Positions 1 through 10,400 of a DNA stretch of 64,000 nt are shown piece after piece; the first letter of the stretch is position 1; every line of letters begins with the position of its first letter. The stretch spans positions 26,069-90,068 of the forward strand of contig JAEWKC010000016.1 of NCBI GenBank assembly GCA_023386235.1. The letters run 5' to 3'. A program made the translations under genes and the position numbers. The notes under the pieces are model-generated. The model had not been told where the DNA came from, made no database searches, and saw only the letters and a program-made list of their open reading frames with translations. This stretch comes from Bacteroidota bacterium. GTDB taxonomy: Bacteria > Bacteroidota > Bacteroidia > Chitinophagales > Chitinophagaceae.

Positions 1-955
1 GGAACTGATACACCAGGTATTAAGCACTTCCTTTATCACCTATACCACGGAAGGCAACCTAAATAACCACATTGGCATACCGCTTACCCTGCTTAGAATA
101 AAGCCCGACGCGCAAATGGCCGTAATAGAAATGGGCGCCAATCACCTCAAGGAGATTGAGAGTTATTGCCGCTATACCCAACCCACGCACGGCATCATCA
201 CCAACTGCGGCAAGGCACACCTGGAAGGCTTTGGCAGCGAGGAAAATATTAAAATAGCCAAAGGAGAACTCTACGATTATTTAAGGCAAAACAAAGGAAC
301 TGTCTTTGCTTTTGACGACTACGATTATTTTCACTCCATGACCAAAGGTATGAAAGAAGTAGTCTGGTATGGTACGCAAAAAGGCACTACCATTGGCAGA
401 GATTTGAGTACCAAACCTTTTTTATCGGTTCAGTTAAAGAACAATACTATTTATCATACACAGCTTATCGGCGATTACAACCTGCCCAATGTGCTGTGTG
501 CTATTTCTGTTGGAAAATATTTTGACATCGCGCAAGAACGCATTCAGTCTGCCATTGAAAATTATGCTCCATCCAATAGCCGCTCGCAGCTGAAAAAAGC
601 AGGCAGCAACCATTTTATCGTAGATGCTTACAACGCCAATCCTACCAGCATGAAAGTAGCCATAGAAAACCTTAAAAATATGGATGTTCCCCGAAAGGTG
701 CTTTTGCTGGGCGCCATGAAGGAGCTGGGCGAAGACAGCGTTAAAGAACACCAGGATTTAATAGAGCTTATAAAAAAACACAATTGGCAAGCCGTGGTTT
801 TGGTAGGCGGCGACTTTGCAAAAACAGATCATCCGTTTTATTATTTCCCCGACACCCAAAAAGCAAAAGAATGGCTACAGCAACAACATTTTGAAAATAC
901 TTATTTTTTGCTGAAAGGCTCAAGAGGTATTGCCATGGAAAATATGCTGCAATAA
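1..955 (+). CDS. murF: UDP-N-acetylmuramoyl-tripeptide--D-alanyl-D-alanine ligase (MurF), 5' end outside window
   Basis: The frame is open from nt 2 (ELIHQVL..GNLNNHIGIPLTLL) upstream of the tracked Met at 116. Mur-ligase central and C-terminal motifs are present (EMGANH, DAYNANP, KGSRG). Confidence 0.85.
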   Translation, partial: ELIHQVLSTSFITYTTEGNLNNHIGIPLTLLRIKPDAQMAVIEMGANHLKEIESYCRYTQPTHGIITNCGKAHLEGFGSEENIKIAKGELYDYLRQNKGTVFAFDDYDYFHSMTKGMKEVVWYGTQKGTTIGRDLSTKPFLSVQLKNNTIYHTQLIGDYNLPNVLCAISVGKYFDIAQERIQSAIENYAPSNSRSQLKKAGSNHFIVDAYNANPTSMKVAIENLKNMDVPRKVLLLGAMKELGEDSVKEHQDLIELIKKHNWQAVVLVGGDFAKTDHPFYYFPDTQKAKEWLQQQHFENTYFLLKGSRGIAMENMLQ

Positions 956-1027
956 AACGATTGCATACGTTTGAGCTTGCATTTACTGCTTTTGTTATTT
1001 ATCTTTATACAAAATAAAAACACTTTT

Positions 1028-2218
1028 ATGAATGAAAATTTTGTATCCCGCATAGGTAAAGAACTGGAAGAAATAAAAGAAGCCGGTTTATTTAAAAAGG
1101 AAAGAATTATTCAAAGTCCTCAGGGCGCTGAGATACGCGTAAATGGCAATACCGTCTTGAACTTTTGTGCCAACAATTATTTAGGCTTGTCAGCGCACCC
1201 AAAAGCGATTGAAGCTGCCAAAAAAGCCGTTGATGAGCGAGGCTACGGGTTAAGCAGTGTGCGCTTTATTTGCGGCACACAGGATATTCATAAAGAACTG
1301 GAAAAGAAATTATCCGAATTTTTAGGTACCGAAGATACCATTTTGTACGCAGCCGCGTTTGATGCCAACGGCGGCGTATTTGAACCCCTGTTTGGTGAAG
1401 CCGATGCCATCCTCAGCGACGAACTCAATCATGCCTCTATCATTGACGGCGTCCGTTTGTGCAAGGCGCAGCGGTATCGTTACAAACACAACGACATGAA
1501 AGATTTGGAAGATAAATTACTCGATAGCGCGCATCTCAGAAGCAGGATCATTGTTACAGACGGCTCTTTCTCTATGGACGGCACCATTGCTCAGTTAGAC
1601 AAAATTGTAGAACTGGCAGAAAAATACGATGCCGTAGTAATGGTAGACGATAGCCACTCTTCTGGCTTTCTGGGGAAAACAGGGCGCGGCACGCATGAGC
1701 ACTGCGGAGTAATGGGTAAAATAGACATCATCACCGGCACGCTTGGCAAAGCGCTGGGCGGAGCAAGCGGAGGCTTTACTTCGGGCAGAAAAGAAATAAT
1801 AGAGATGTTGCGCCAGAGAAGCCGCCCTTATTTGTTTTCCAACACGTTAGCGCCAAGCATTGTAGGCGCCTCTATAGCCATATTAAATATGCTAAGCGAA
1901 ACCACCGAATTACGCGATAGACTGGAAACCAATACCAAACATTTTCGTGAAAAGATGACCGAAGCGGGCTTCGACATTCCGCAAGGCGAGCATCCCATAG
2001 TGCCAGTGATGTTGTACGACGCTGTAGTAGCTCAGGAGTTTGCCGCCAAACTGCTGGAAGAAGGCATTTATGTAACCGGATTTTTCTATCCTGTAGTACC
2101 TAAAGGCAAAGCCAGAATACGCGTGCAGCTTAGCGCCGCCCACGAACCGCATCATATAGATAAAGCCATTGCCGCTTTTACCAAAGTAGGCAAAGAGCTG
2201 GGAGTGGTTAAAAGCTAA
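1028..2218 (+). CDS. kbl: glycine C-acetyltransferase / 2-amino-3-ketobutyrate CoA ligase
   Basis: KBL-type class II aminotransferase motifs are present: NFCANNYLGL, DDSHSSGF, and TGTLGKALGG (PLP-lysine region). I moved the start to ATG 1028 (MNENF..); the TTG-started extension from 971 looks non-coding. Confidence 0.9.
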   Translation: MNENFVSRIGKELEEIKEAGLFKKERIIQSPQGAEIRVNGNTVLNFCANNYLGLSAHPKAIEAAKKAVDERGYGLSSVRFICGTQDIHKELEKKLSEFLGTEDTILYAAAFDANGGVFEPLFGEADAILSDELNHASIIDGVRLCKAQRYRYKHNDMKDLEDKLLDSAHLRSRIIVTDGSFSMDGTIAQLDKIVELAEKYDAVVMVDDSHSSGFLGKTGRGTHEHCGVMGKIDIITGTLGKALGGASGGFTSGRKEIIEMLRQRSRPYLFSNTLAPSIVGASIAILNMLSETTELRDRLETNTKHFREKMTEAGFDIPQGEHPIVPVMLYDAVVAQEFAAKLLEEGIYVTGFFYPVVPKGKARIRVQLSAAHEPHHIDKAIAAFTKVGKELGVVKS

Positions 2219-2240
2219 GCTTATTGATAAAGTTGAAAAA

Positions 2241-2291
2241 AGCTGTCTTAAAAGATTTTTCTAATGATCATCTTTCGAGACGGCTTTTTTT
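2241..2291 (+). terminator. rho-independent terminator after kbl
   Basis: A 16-nt arm at 2241-2256 pairs with 2270-2285 (two G-U wobbles, one mismatch). A T7 run follows at 2285-2291. Confidence 0.7.
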
Positions 2292-2541
2292 GAATTTTTG
2301 TTGTAATACATCAACATATACTGCGATTACAAAAAAATATTTTTTCAGTTGATAATAAAGGTATTTGGGCTTTGGTATATTATAGTCTCAATATTTTCGA
2401 TGCTGCCGGGTAATATTACATGATATCTCATTTATTCTGCCTTTCATTCTCTTTTTCCTCTATTTATGTTTTTTCGATTTGAAAATTTACGGCAACTATC
2501 GTACTTTTACTTTTTCAAAAAAACATATAATTTTCATACAA

Positions 2542-3804
2542 ATGGTTGATGTAATTTTAGGCCTGCAATGGGGCGACGAAGGGAAAGGAAAAGTGGTAGA
2601 CTATTTCGCTCCCGGATACGATATTATTGCTCGCTTTCAGGGTGGCCCCAACGCAGGGCACACGCTTTACGTAGATAATAAAAAAATTGTGCTGCACCAG
2701 ATACCTTCCGGTATTTTCCATCAGGAAAAAATAAACATTATTGGAGGCGGCGTGGTTTTAGATCCCGTAACGCTGAAGAAAGAGTACGAAAATGTATCTG
2801 CTTTTGGCATTGACGTTACTAAAAATCTTTTTATAGCCGAAAGAACAAATATTATTCTGCCCACGCATCGCGCTTTAGATAAAGCTTCTGAAATGCAGAA
2901 AGGCGAAGATAAAATAGGCTCTACACTTAAAGGCATTGGCCCGGCTTATATGGACAGAACCGGCAGAAACGCCATGCGTGTGGGCGATTTGCTAAGCAAG
3001 AACTTTACATCGCAATACATCAAACTTCGCATGAAGCACCAGCGCATGTTGGATTCTTACGGATTCAATGAAGATATCTCTGCCTGGGAAGACGAGTTTT
3101 TTGAAGCTATAGAACTGCTGCGCACATTCAACATTATCAACGGCGAATATTTCATCAACGATAAAATGGCGGAAGGCAAAAAAGTATTGGCAGAAGGCGC
3201 GCAGGCGGCGATGCTTGATATTGATTTTGGCACCTATCCTTTTGTAACGTCCTCTAATACCATCTCTGCCGGAGTAAGCACCGGCCTGGGTATAGCACCA
3301 CAAAAAATAAATGAAGTATACGGCATTACAAAGTCATACTGCACACGCGTTGGAGGCGGTCCTTTCCCAACAGAGCTGCACGATGAGAAAGGAGAAAAAT
3401 TAAGAAAGAACGGCAATGAATTTGGCTCTACAACCGGGCGCCCGCGCCGTTGCGGATGGAACGACTTGGTAGCCCTGAAATATGCTTGCATGATCAACGG
3501 AGCCACCCAGATTATCATGACCAAAACAGATGTTCTGGACGATTTTGAAGAGCTAAGCGTAGCTACTTCTTACGTAGTGGATGGAAAAGAAACACAGCAA
3601 GTGCCGCTACAAATGGAAAAACACGACCTGCAGCCTGTGTATAAAACCTTCAAAGGATGGAACACGGATATTCAAAAATTAAATAGCGTAGAAAATTTTC
3701 CTGAAGAACTTAAAAATTATATTAACTTTATCGGAACTTATCTTGACTGTCCTGTTAAATACATATCTAACGGACCTGAAAGAGAGCAGATTGTAGCATT
3801 ATAA
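2542..3804 (+). CDS. purA: adenylosuccinate synthase
   Basis: Motifs QWGDEGKGK (P-loop), GGPNAGHT and TTGRPRRCGW. The start is at ATG 2542 (MVDVILGLQWGDEGKGK). Confidence 0.95.
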   Translation: MVDVILGLQWGDEGKGKVVDYFAPGYDIIARFQGGPNAGHTLYVDNKKIVLHQIPSGIFHQEKINIIGGGVVLDPVTLKKEYENVSAFGIDVTKNLFIAERTNIILPTHRALDKASEMQKGEDKIGSTLKGIGPAYMDRTGRNAMRVGDLLSKNFTSQYIKLRMKHQRMLDSYGFNEDISAWEDEFFEAIELLRTFNIINGEYFINDKMAEGKKVLAEGAQAAMLDIDFGTYPFVTSSNTISAGVSTGLGIAPQKINEVYGITKSYCTRVGGGPFPTELHDEKGEKLRKNGNEFGSTTGRPRRCGWNDLVALKYACMINGATQIIMTKTDVLDDFEELSVATSYVVDGKETQQVPLQMEKHDLQPVYKTFKGWNTDIQKLNSVENFPEELKNYINFIGTYLDCPVKYISNGPEREQIVAL

Positions 3805-3896
3805 ACCTATAAAAAATTAATACAATTATTTTTTCGTAAAAAAAATTTGTTTTAATAAAAAAGACATAACATTTTTACATTGAAAATTTTTGAATT

Positions 3897-4349
3897 ATGG
3901 CAGCAAAATCAAAGAAAGAAAGTAAAGAAATAAAACCTGCAAGCACAAAGAAAGAAAATTTATCTCTTTCTAAAAAGAAAAGAGAAGATGAGGAACTGGA
4001 TGAAGATGAGGACGAACTCATTGACGATGACGCGCCCGACACTTCTAAAAAAAGTAAAGCTAAAAAAAGCAGAACCGAGGAGGAAAACGATGATTTGGAC
4101 GACTTACAAGACGATGATCTTTTAGACGACTGGAACAAAGTAGACGATGAAGACGACTGGGATCCTGATTTTGATGAATTTGATATCCCAAAATCAAAAA
4201 GCAGCTCCTCTAAAAAAGCGACCAAGAGCGGCGTCAAAAAGAAAAAAGAGGACGACGATGATACTTTAAACTTCGACGATGATGACATCTTCGGCAATAA
4301 AGATGATTTGTTCTTTGATGATGAAGACGATTTTGACGACGACTTTTAA
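3897..4349 (+). CDS. hypothetical hyper-charged low-complexity protein (alternating Lys-rich and Asp/Glu-rich blocks)
   Basis: A 150-aa ORF with an ATG start and its own terminator 20 nt downstream. By hand count it is about 28 percent Asp, 11 percent Glu and 17 percent Lys. I recognise no family. Confidence 0.55.
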   Translation: MAAKSKKESKEIKPASTKKENLSLSKKKREDEELDEDEDELIDDDAPDTSKKSKAKKSRTEEENDDLDDLQDDDLLDDWNKVDDEDDWDPDFDEFDIPKSKSSSSKKATKSGVKKKKEDDDDTLNFDDDDIFGNKDDLFFDDEDDFDDDF

Positions 4350-4368
4350 CCAATGTAATCACCATATT

Positions 4369-4404
4369 AAAAAGGCATTAAGAAAAAATCTTAATGCCTT
4401 TTTA
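4369..4404 (+). terminator. rho-independent terminator after the charged ORF
   Basis: Stem aaggcattaag (4372-4382) pairs with cttaatgcctt (4390-4400) around a 7-nt loop, followed by a T run to 4403. Confidence 0.75.
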
Positions 4405-4423
4405 ATTTATTCAAATAAAAATT

Positions 4424-4438
4424 TGTGTAAATTACACA
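4424..4438. promoter_or_regulatory. perfect palindrome TGTGTAA-A-TTACACA upstream of the alpha-2-macroglobulin gene
   Basis: Perfect 7+7 inverted repeat with a 1-nt centre, 37 nt upstream of ATG 4475. Candidate operator. Confidence 0.3.
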
Positions 4439-4474
4439 CTGTTTGCATCTTATATAAAAACCGATCCTAATCAT

Positions 4475-7400
4475 ATGCAAAAACTATTCTTAATTGTATT
4501 GATAATAACAACAAGCATGTTTTCATCTAACGCACAATCAAACAAATACGCTGCTCAATGGAAGCAGGTGGATACTTTACTCGCCAGGCAATCATTACCA
4601 AAATCTGCCTTGACAATTGTAAATGATATTTACAGTAACGCAAAGAAATCGGGTGATACAGATGAAATGATAAAAGCACTGGTGTATAAATTTAACCTTG
4701 AAGAAAGAACATCTGAAAAAGAAATCAATGACGTTATACAAATATTAAATCAGGAGATTGCTTCCAGCAAAGAGCCCTTAGCAAAAAATTTGCTATACGC
4801 AATAAAAGCGCAAAAACTTATAGAGTATAAAGATGCGAATAGCTGGAGAATAAGGCAGCGCAGTGAAACGGAGAATTACGTTAAAAGCGATGTACTTACC
4901 TGGAGCGCCGCGGATTTCAATGATGCCATATCTCATCTTTTCGACTCTTCTCTTGCCAATGCCAATACGCTGAAACAATCGCAGCTAAAGGATTACAGAG
5001 CAGTAATAGCAAAAGGAAATACGCCCGGGCTAAGATTAACGATGTATGACTTGATACTGCATTACAAGCTGGATTATTACAAAAATAACAATGATCTTGA
5101 AATAAAACCCACTAATGAATTTTTATTGAATAAGCCGGAATATTTTTTACCGTCCGAACAATTTGTACAATTAAACATTCAATCAGAAGATACCCTTTCT
5201 TCAAAATTGATTACGGTAAAAACATTTCAGGAAGTACTGGCTTATTACCTCACTAATAAGTCCACATCAGCCTTGGCAGATGCCGATGTAAATAGAATAG
5301 AGTGGATGTACAATAACGCTGTCATTGCAGATAAAGATACTTTGTATACAGAGGCGCTGAAAAATATATTAAGCAAATACGGCAGCAACCCTTATGCAAA
5401 ACAAGCAGCGTTTTTGCTGGCTTCATTCTATAGGGAACAGGCAGACAAATACCAGACGCCCAGCGACACTACCAATAGGTGGAAAAACATTACAGCACTT
5501 GAATTGATAGAAAAATATACCGATGCAAAGGATACAAGCTATGCCGCTAAGAACCTGCTGAATCTAAAAGAGGTGATTATGGGAAAGTCTCTTTCAACTA
5601 CAACCGAAAATATTAGTAGCAGCAATAAGCCATTACGTGCATTGGTAGCGTATAAAAATATCAACAAAATTTTTGTAAAAATTATTCAATCAGACTTTTT
5701 AGAAAAAAATAATTTTTATAACAATAATGAATTTTGGAAAAAGGTAACGAATAGCAAAAACATAGTACAATCCTTTTCTCAACAAATGCCGTTACCTACA
5801 GATTACCAGCAACATAGGGCAGAGATAAAAATTGACGGGCTTTCCGCAGGAAGATATATTTTGCTCGCAAGTGATAACGAAGACTTTACCGTAAAAAGCA
5901 AACTTTCAGCCCAGGAGTTTGATGTGTCTGACCTTGCTTATATGCAAAACCAGCAACGTTTTTTTGTTCTCAACCGCGAGACGGGACATCCTGTAAGCGG
6001 CGCCACTATTCACTTTCTTACAGATCACAGCAATCAAAAACCTGTATACCAGAAAGTAATTACAGGCAGCGACGGTAGCGCGTTAGCACCGGCATCTAAA
6101 AATAATCACAGCTACAATAATGGCTATATCACCTACGGAAAAGATCGGCTTGAATTTAATGGAGGCTATCATTATTATCCCAGAAAAATTACAAATACTT
6201 CAACTAATGCCGAGGAATTCATAAAGAAGAATACAAGAATTCATTTCTTTACCGACAGGAGTCTTTATCGCCCGGGTCAAACCGTTTATTTTAAAGGAAT
6301 CGTTACCAGTATTGACAGCAAAACAAGGCAAACTATTCTGCATAAAACACAAGAACCACTCAGTATAATTTTAAGAGATGTAAACGGAAGAAAGATAGAT
6401 TCTGTAAAAGTTAAAGCCAATGATAATGCTTCTTTCAGCGGATCTTTCCAACTCCCGCAAGGCGTGCTCACCGGAGCTTTTTCTATTGGAGACAGCAGGG
6501 GAAACAATTCTGTACATTTCAATGTAGAAGAATATAAACGCCCAACTTTCTTGGTAGAATATGATACTTTAAAAACAGATTACAGGCTTAATGACAGTAT
6601 AACCATTACCGGCACAGCTAAAGCATTTGCCGGCAATACCATTGACAACGCGCAGGTAAAAATAAACGTAACGCGCTCGGCACGTTATCCCTATCCGTGG
6701 CTGTGGCGTGGTTTCATGCCCCCGACTCCGCAGGCACAGATACACAATGAAATTGTAACTACAGACGAAAACGGAAAATTCTCTTTTACATTTAAAGCTG
6801 TACCCGATGAAAATACAGATAAAAATTTAAAGCCTGTTTTTCATTATAAAATTGAAGCCGCAGTTACTGATAACAATGGTGAGACCAGGCAAAATACAAC
6901 CTCTTTAAGCATAGGCTATCAGTCGCTCCTGCTCGATATTCTACATGCAGAAAATATAGAGACAGATGCTTTTAAAGAAATAAAAGTGAGCGCTACAAAC
7001 CTTTCAGACCAGGAAATACCGGCATCTGTAACCGTGAAAGTATTTGCTTTAGAAACGCCCGCCCGCCTGATACGCGACCGCTATTGGCAGCGACCCGACC
7101 AGTTTGTGATGGATAAAGAAACTTACATAAGCTATTTCCCTTATGATGAGTACGACAACGAAACAGATAAAACTAACTGGCAAAAAACTAAAGAAGTTTA
7201 CAGCAAGACTGCAAACGCTAATGATGACAAGGCTTTCAGCCTGAACAATCAGAAACTGGCAGCCGGCTGGTATGTGATAGAAGCTTCGGCAAAAGATAAA
7301 GACGGCAATGAAGTGATTAATAAAAAATATATCCATATTTACGACGATAAGGCCGATCAGTTATCTGAGAAAGTATATTTATGGACAAGCAAAACACAAA

Positions 7401-10400
7401 GAGCAGAAAAGATAGGCGACAAGGATATTTTTAAAATAGGTACTTCTGCTGATAATGTGCATGTATTACAGTCAATAGAGGTAGAAATTCTCGGAGAAAA
7501 TACCAGCCCGGTTTTATCTGTTTTAAAGTTAAATAATGAAATTAAAACTATCGTTAACAATACTGCTTCAAGTGATTTAAACCCTTCGCGTACCGCGTAT
7601 GGCTTTATCAAACACAACCGGCTGTACACTACAGACAATACGATAATGGTGATGGACGCCTCAAAAAAACTGAATATTGAATTTGCTACGTTCAGAGATA
7701 AAACGGAACCCGGTGCCAAAGAAAAATGGCAGATAAAAATAGCAGATAGTAAAGGTAAAAACGTTGCTGCCGAATTGCTCACGGCTATGTATGATGCTTC
7801 GCTCGATGAGTTAAAACCTCATCAATGGGATCTGCCTTTCAATGAGTATCGTGCCATACCTAATAACGGATGGAGTACAGCCTACCAGCAGTTCTCACAA
7901 AAAGGAGGGTTTGAAAATTATAGAGACAGTGATTTTAAAAATGTAGAAGATAAAATATACGATAAATTTATTTTTGAAGAAGATGCTTCTATTGTGTATG
8001 CATCACAAGGTGCGGTGTATGGCGTTGCTGCACCAGCCAACACGAGAGTAAGAGGAGTTGCTAGCGTTAACGAAGAAAGCCTTTTTGTAAGAGATATTAA
8101 TTTGGGTGCTGTACAAAAAGAAAGTGCAGGCAGTTCCGACGCTATGAATGATATAGATTTTATGCAACCAGACACTACAGCATTTTTAAATAAAGAGTCA
8201 AACAGTTTACAAGCCCCACTCCGCACCAACTTCAATGAAACCGCTTTCTTCATGCCGCATGTGTATGCCGATAAAGATGGCTTATACACTATAGATTTTA
8301 CCATGCCCGACGCCATGACCAAATGGCGCTGGATGAACTTTGCCTACAATACCGCCTTGCAGCATGGCTACAATGAACAATTTACCGTTACGCAAAAAAC
8401 ACTAATGGTACAGCCCAATATGCCCAGATTTTTGCGTGCGGGAGATACATTGGATTTAAGTGTAAAAATCAGCAACCTCAGCGAAAAAACGCTCAGTGGC
8501 AATGCACATATTTCTATAGAAGACGCTATCACAGGCGAAACTATTCATTGGCAAAAGCTATCCAGTGCTGCGTTTAGCGTACCGGCAGGGCAAAGCGGCA
8601 ATGTGAAATTTCCTGTAATAATTTCATCTACGGCAGTCAACCCATTGACCATTAAAATAAATGGTACAAGTGAAAATTTCAGTGACGGCGAACAGCATAC
8701 TCTGCCAATGCTTACCAATAAAATATTTGTAACAGAAGCATTGCCTATGTATGTACAGGGCGATACGACCATACATTTTACCTTCGATAAATTAGTAAAC
8801 AACAATAGTAATACTTTGCAAACGCAGGCGCTTACGGTGGAGTTTACTGCAAACCCCGTGTGGTATGCGGTGCAGGCACTGCCCTATCTTATGGAATATC
8901 CATACGAATGCAGCGAACAAACCTTTAGCAGATTTTATGCAAACGCTATGGCTGCACATATCGTGAATAAAAATCCGGGAATAAAAAAAGTGTTTGACCA
9001 ATGGCTGGAAGATTCTACCGCATTAATGAGTAACCTGCAAAAAAATCAGGAATTAAAACAAGTACTGATTGAGGAAACGCCCTGGATATTGGATGCGGCC
9101 AGTGAAGCCGAACAGAAAAAGAATATCGCACTGTTATTTGATATGGCTAAAATGAGCAATCAATTACAATCGAGTCTTTCAAAGTTACAGGAAATGCAGC
9201 TGGGCAACGGCGCATTCCCTTGGTTCAAAGGAGGGCGTGCAGACAGGTACATTACTCAATATATACTTACAGGCATCGGCAGGTTAAACAAACTGAATGC
9301 GGTACCTCAGCAAAGCAAAACCATGCTGAAAGCTATAGCTGATAAGGCACACAAGTACTTAAGCGATGAGCTGACAAAAGATTATACAAAGCTTAAAAGA
9401 GATGTAAAGCCTGCGGATTTATCCAAGGATAATGTGGGCGCTTTGCAGATCCATTATCTTTTTGCCAACAGCTATTTCAATGCTTCACCAAAAACAGAAG
9501 CAGAAAAATATTATTACGGACAGGCTAAAAAATTCTGGAATACCAAAAGTTCTTACTCCAAAGGTATGATAACCGCATTCCTGTACAGAGCCACAGACAA
9601 AGAGTTTGCAGAGAATACGGTACTTAAATCATTGCTTGAAAACGCCGTGGAAGATAAAGTAGCAGGCACCTACTGGAAAGATATGTCTTACGGTTATTAC
9701 TGGTATCAGGCACCTATTGAGCAACAGGCTTTGATGATAGAGATCACCAACGAAATAGCCCTAAGTAAAAATAATGCGGCTTTGAAAACCGCTGTAAATG
9801 GTATGCAAAACTGGCTTATCAGGAACAAGCAAACCAACAACTGGCAAACAACCAAAGCTACTGCCGACGCGTGTTACGCGCTTATAGCCGTAAATAATCT
9901 TATTGGTGTACAAAAAACCATTCGTATAAATTTAGGCAACCAGCTAACTGTTTCTACCCAAACCGGAGAAGCAGGCACGGGCTATATTAAAGAGGTGGTA
10001 GAAGGAGAAAAGGTCACCAGCAGCCTGGGAAACATTTCTGTAAGCACAAGCGCTACACCTCACCAAACGTATAACAGCACACCCGCTTATGGAAGTGTTT
10101 ACTGGCAATACATTGAAGAGATGGATAAAGTAACGAGCGCGGCAACGCCTTTATCGTTAACCAAACAGCTATTCACTGAAGCCAATACAGCACAAGGAAA
10201 AAAACTGACTCCTGTAAACAAAGGAGATGTATTAAAAGTGGGCGATAAAGTAATTATTCGTGTAATATTGAAGTCTGACAGAGATATGGAATATCTGCAC
10301 CTGAAAGATATGCGTGCGACCTCTATGGAGCCGGTAAACGTTATCAGCAGTTATAAATGGCAAGACGGATTAGGCTACTACGAGGCTACTAAAGACGCTT

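Noticed and set aside
971-1027. N-terminal extension of kbl from a TTG start
   Set aside because: The extension (SLHLLLLLFIFIQNKNTF) has no counterpart in KBL proteins. ATG 1028 gives a typical N-terminus. The same reasoning applies to the tracked extensions of purA (2479-2541), the alr fusion (10616-10645, inside a terminator), rplC (45355-45417), rpsJ (45963-45995), DUF502 (47204-47305) and the orphan secreted protein (56896-57024).
3875-4297. 140-aa Ser/Phe/Leu-rich ORF antisense to the charged ORF
   Set aside because: It mirrors the GAn/AAG low-complexity coding repeats on the other strand. The plus-strand ORF has an ATG and a correctly oriented terminator, and this one has neither.
4279-4470. 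63-aa ORF spanning the terminator and palindrome upstream of the A2M gene
   Set aside because: It runs through a rho-independent terminator and AT-rich promoter DNA, and the translation is low-complexity.
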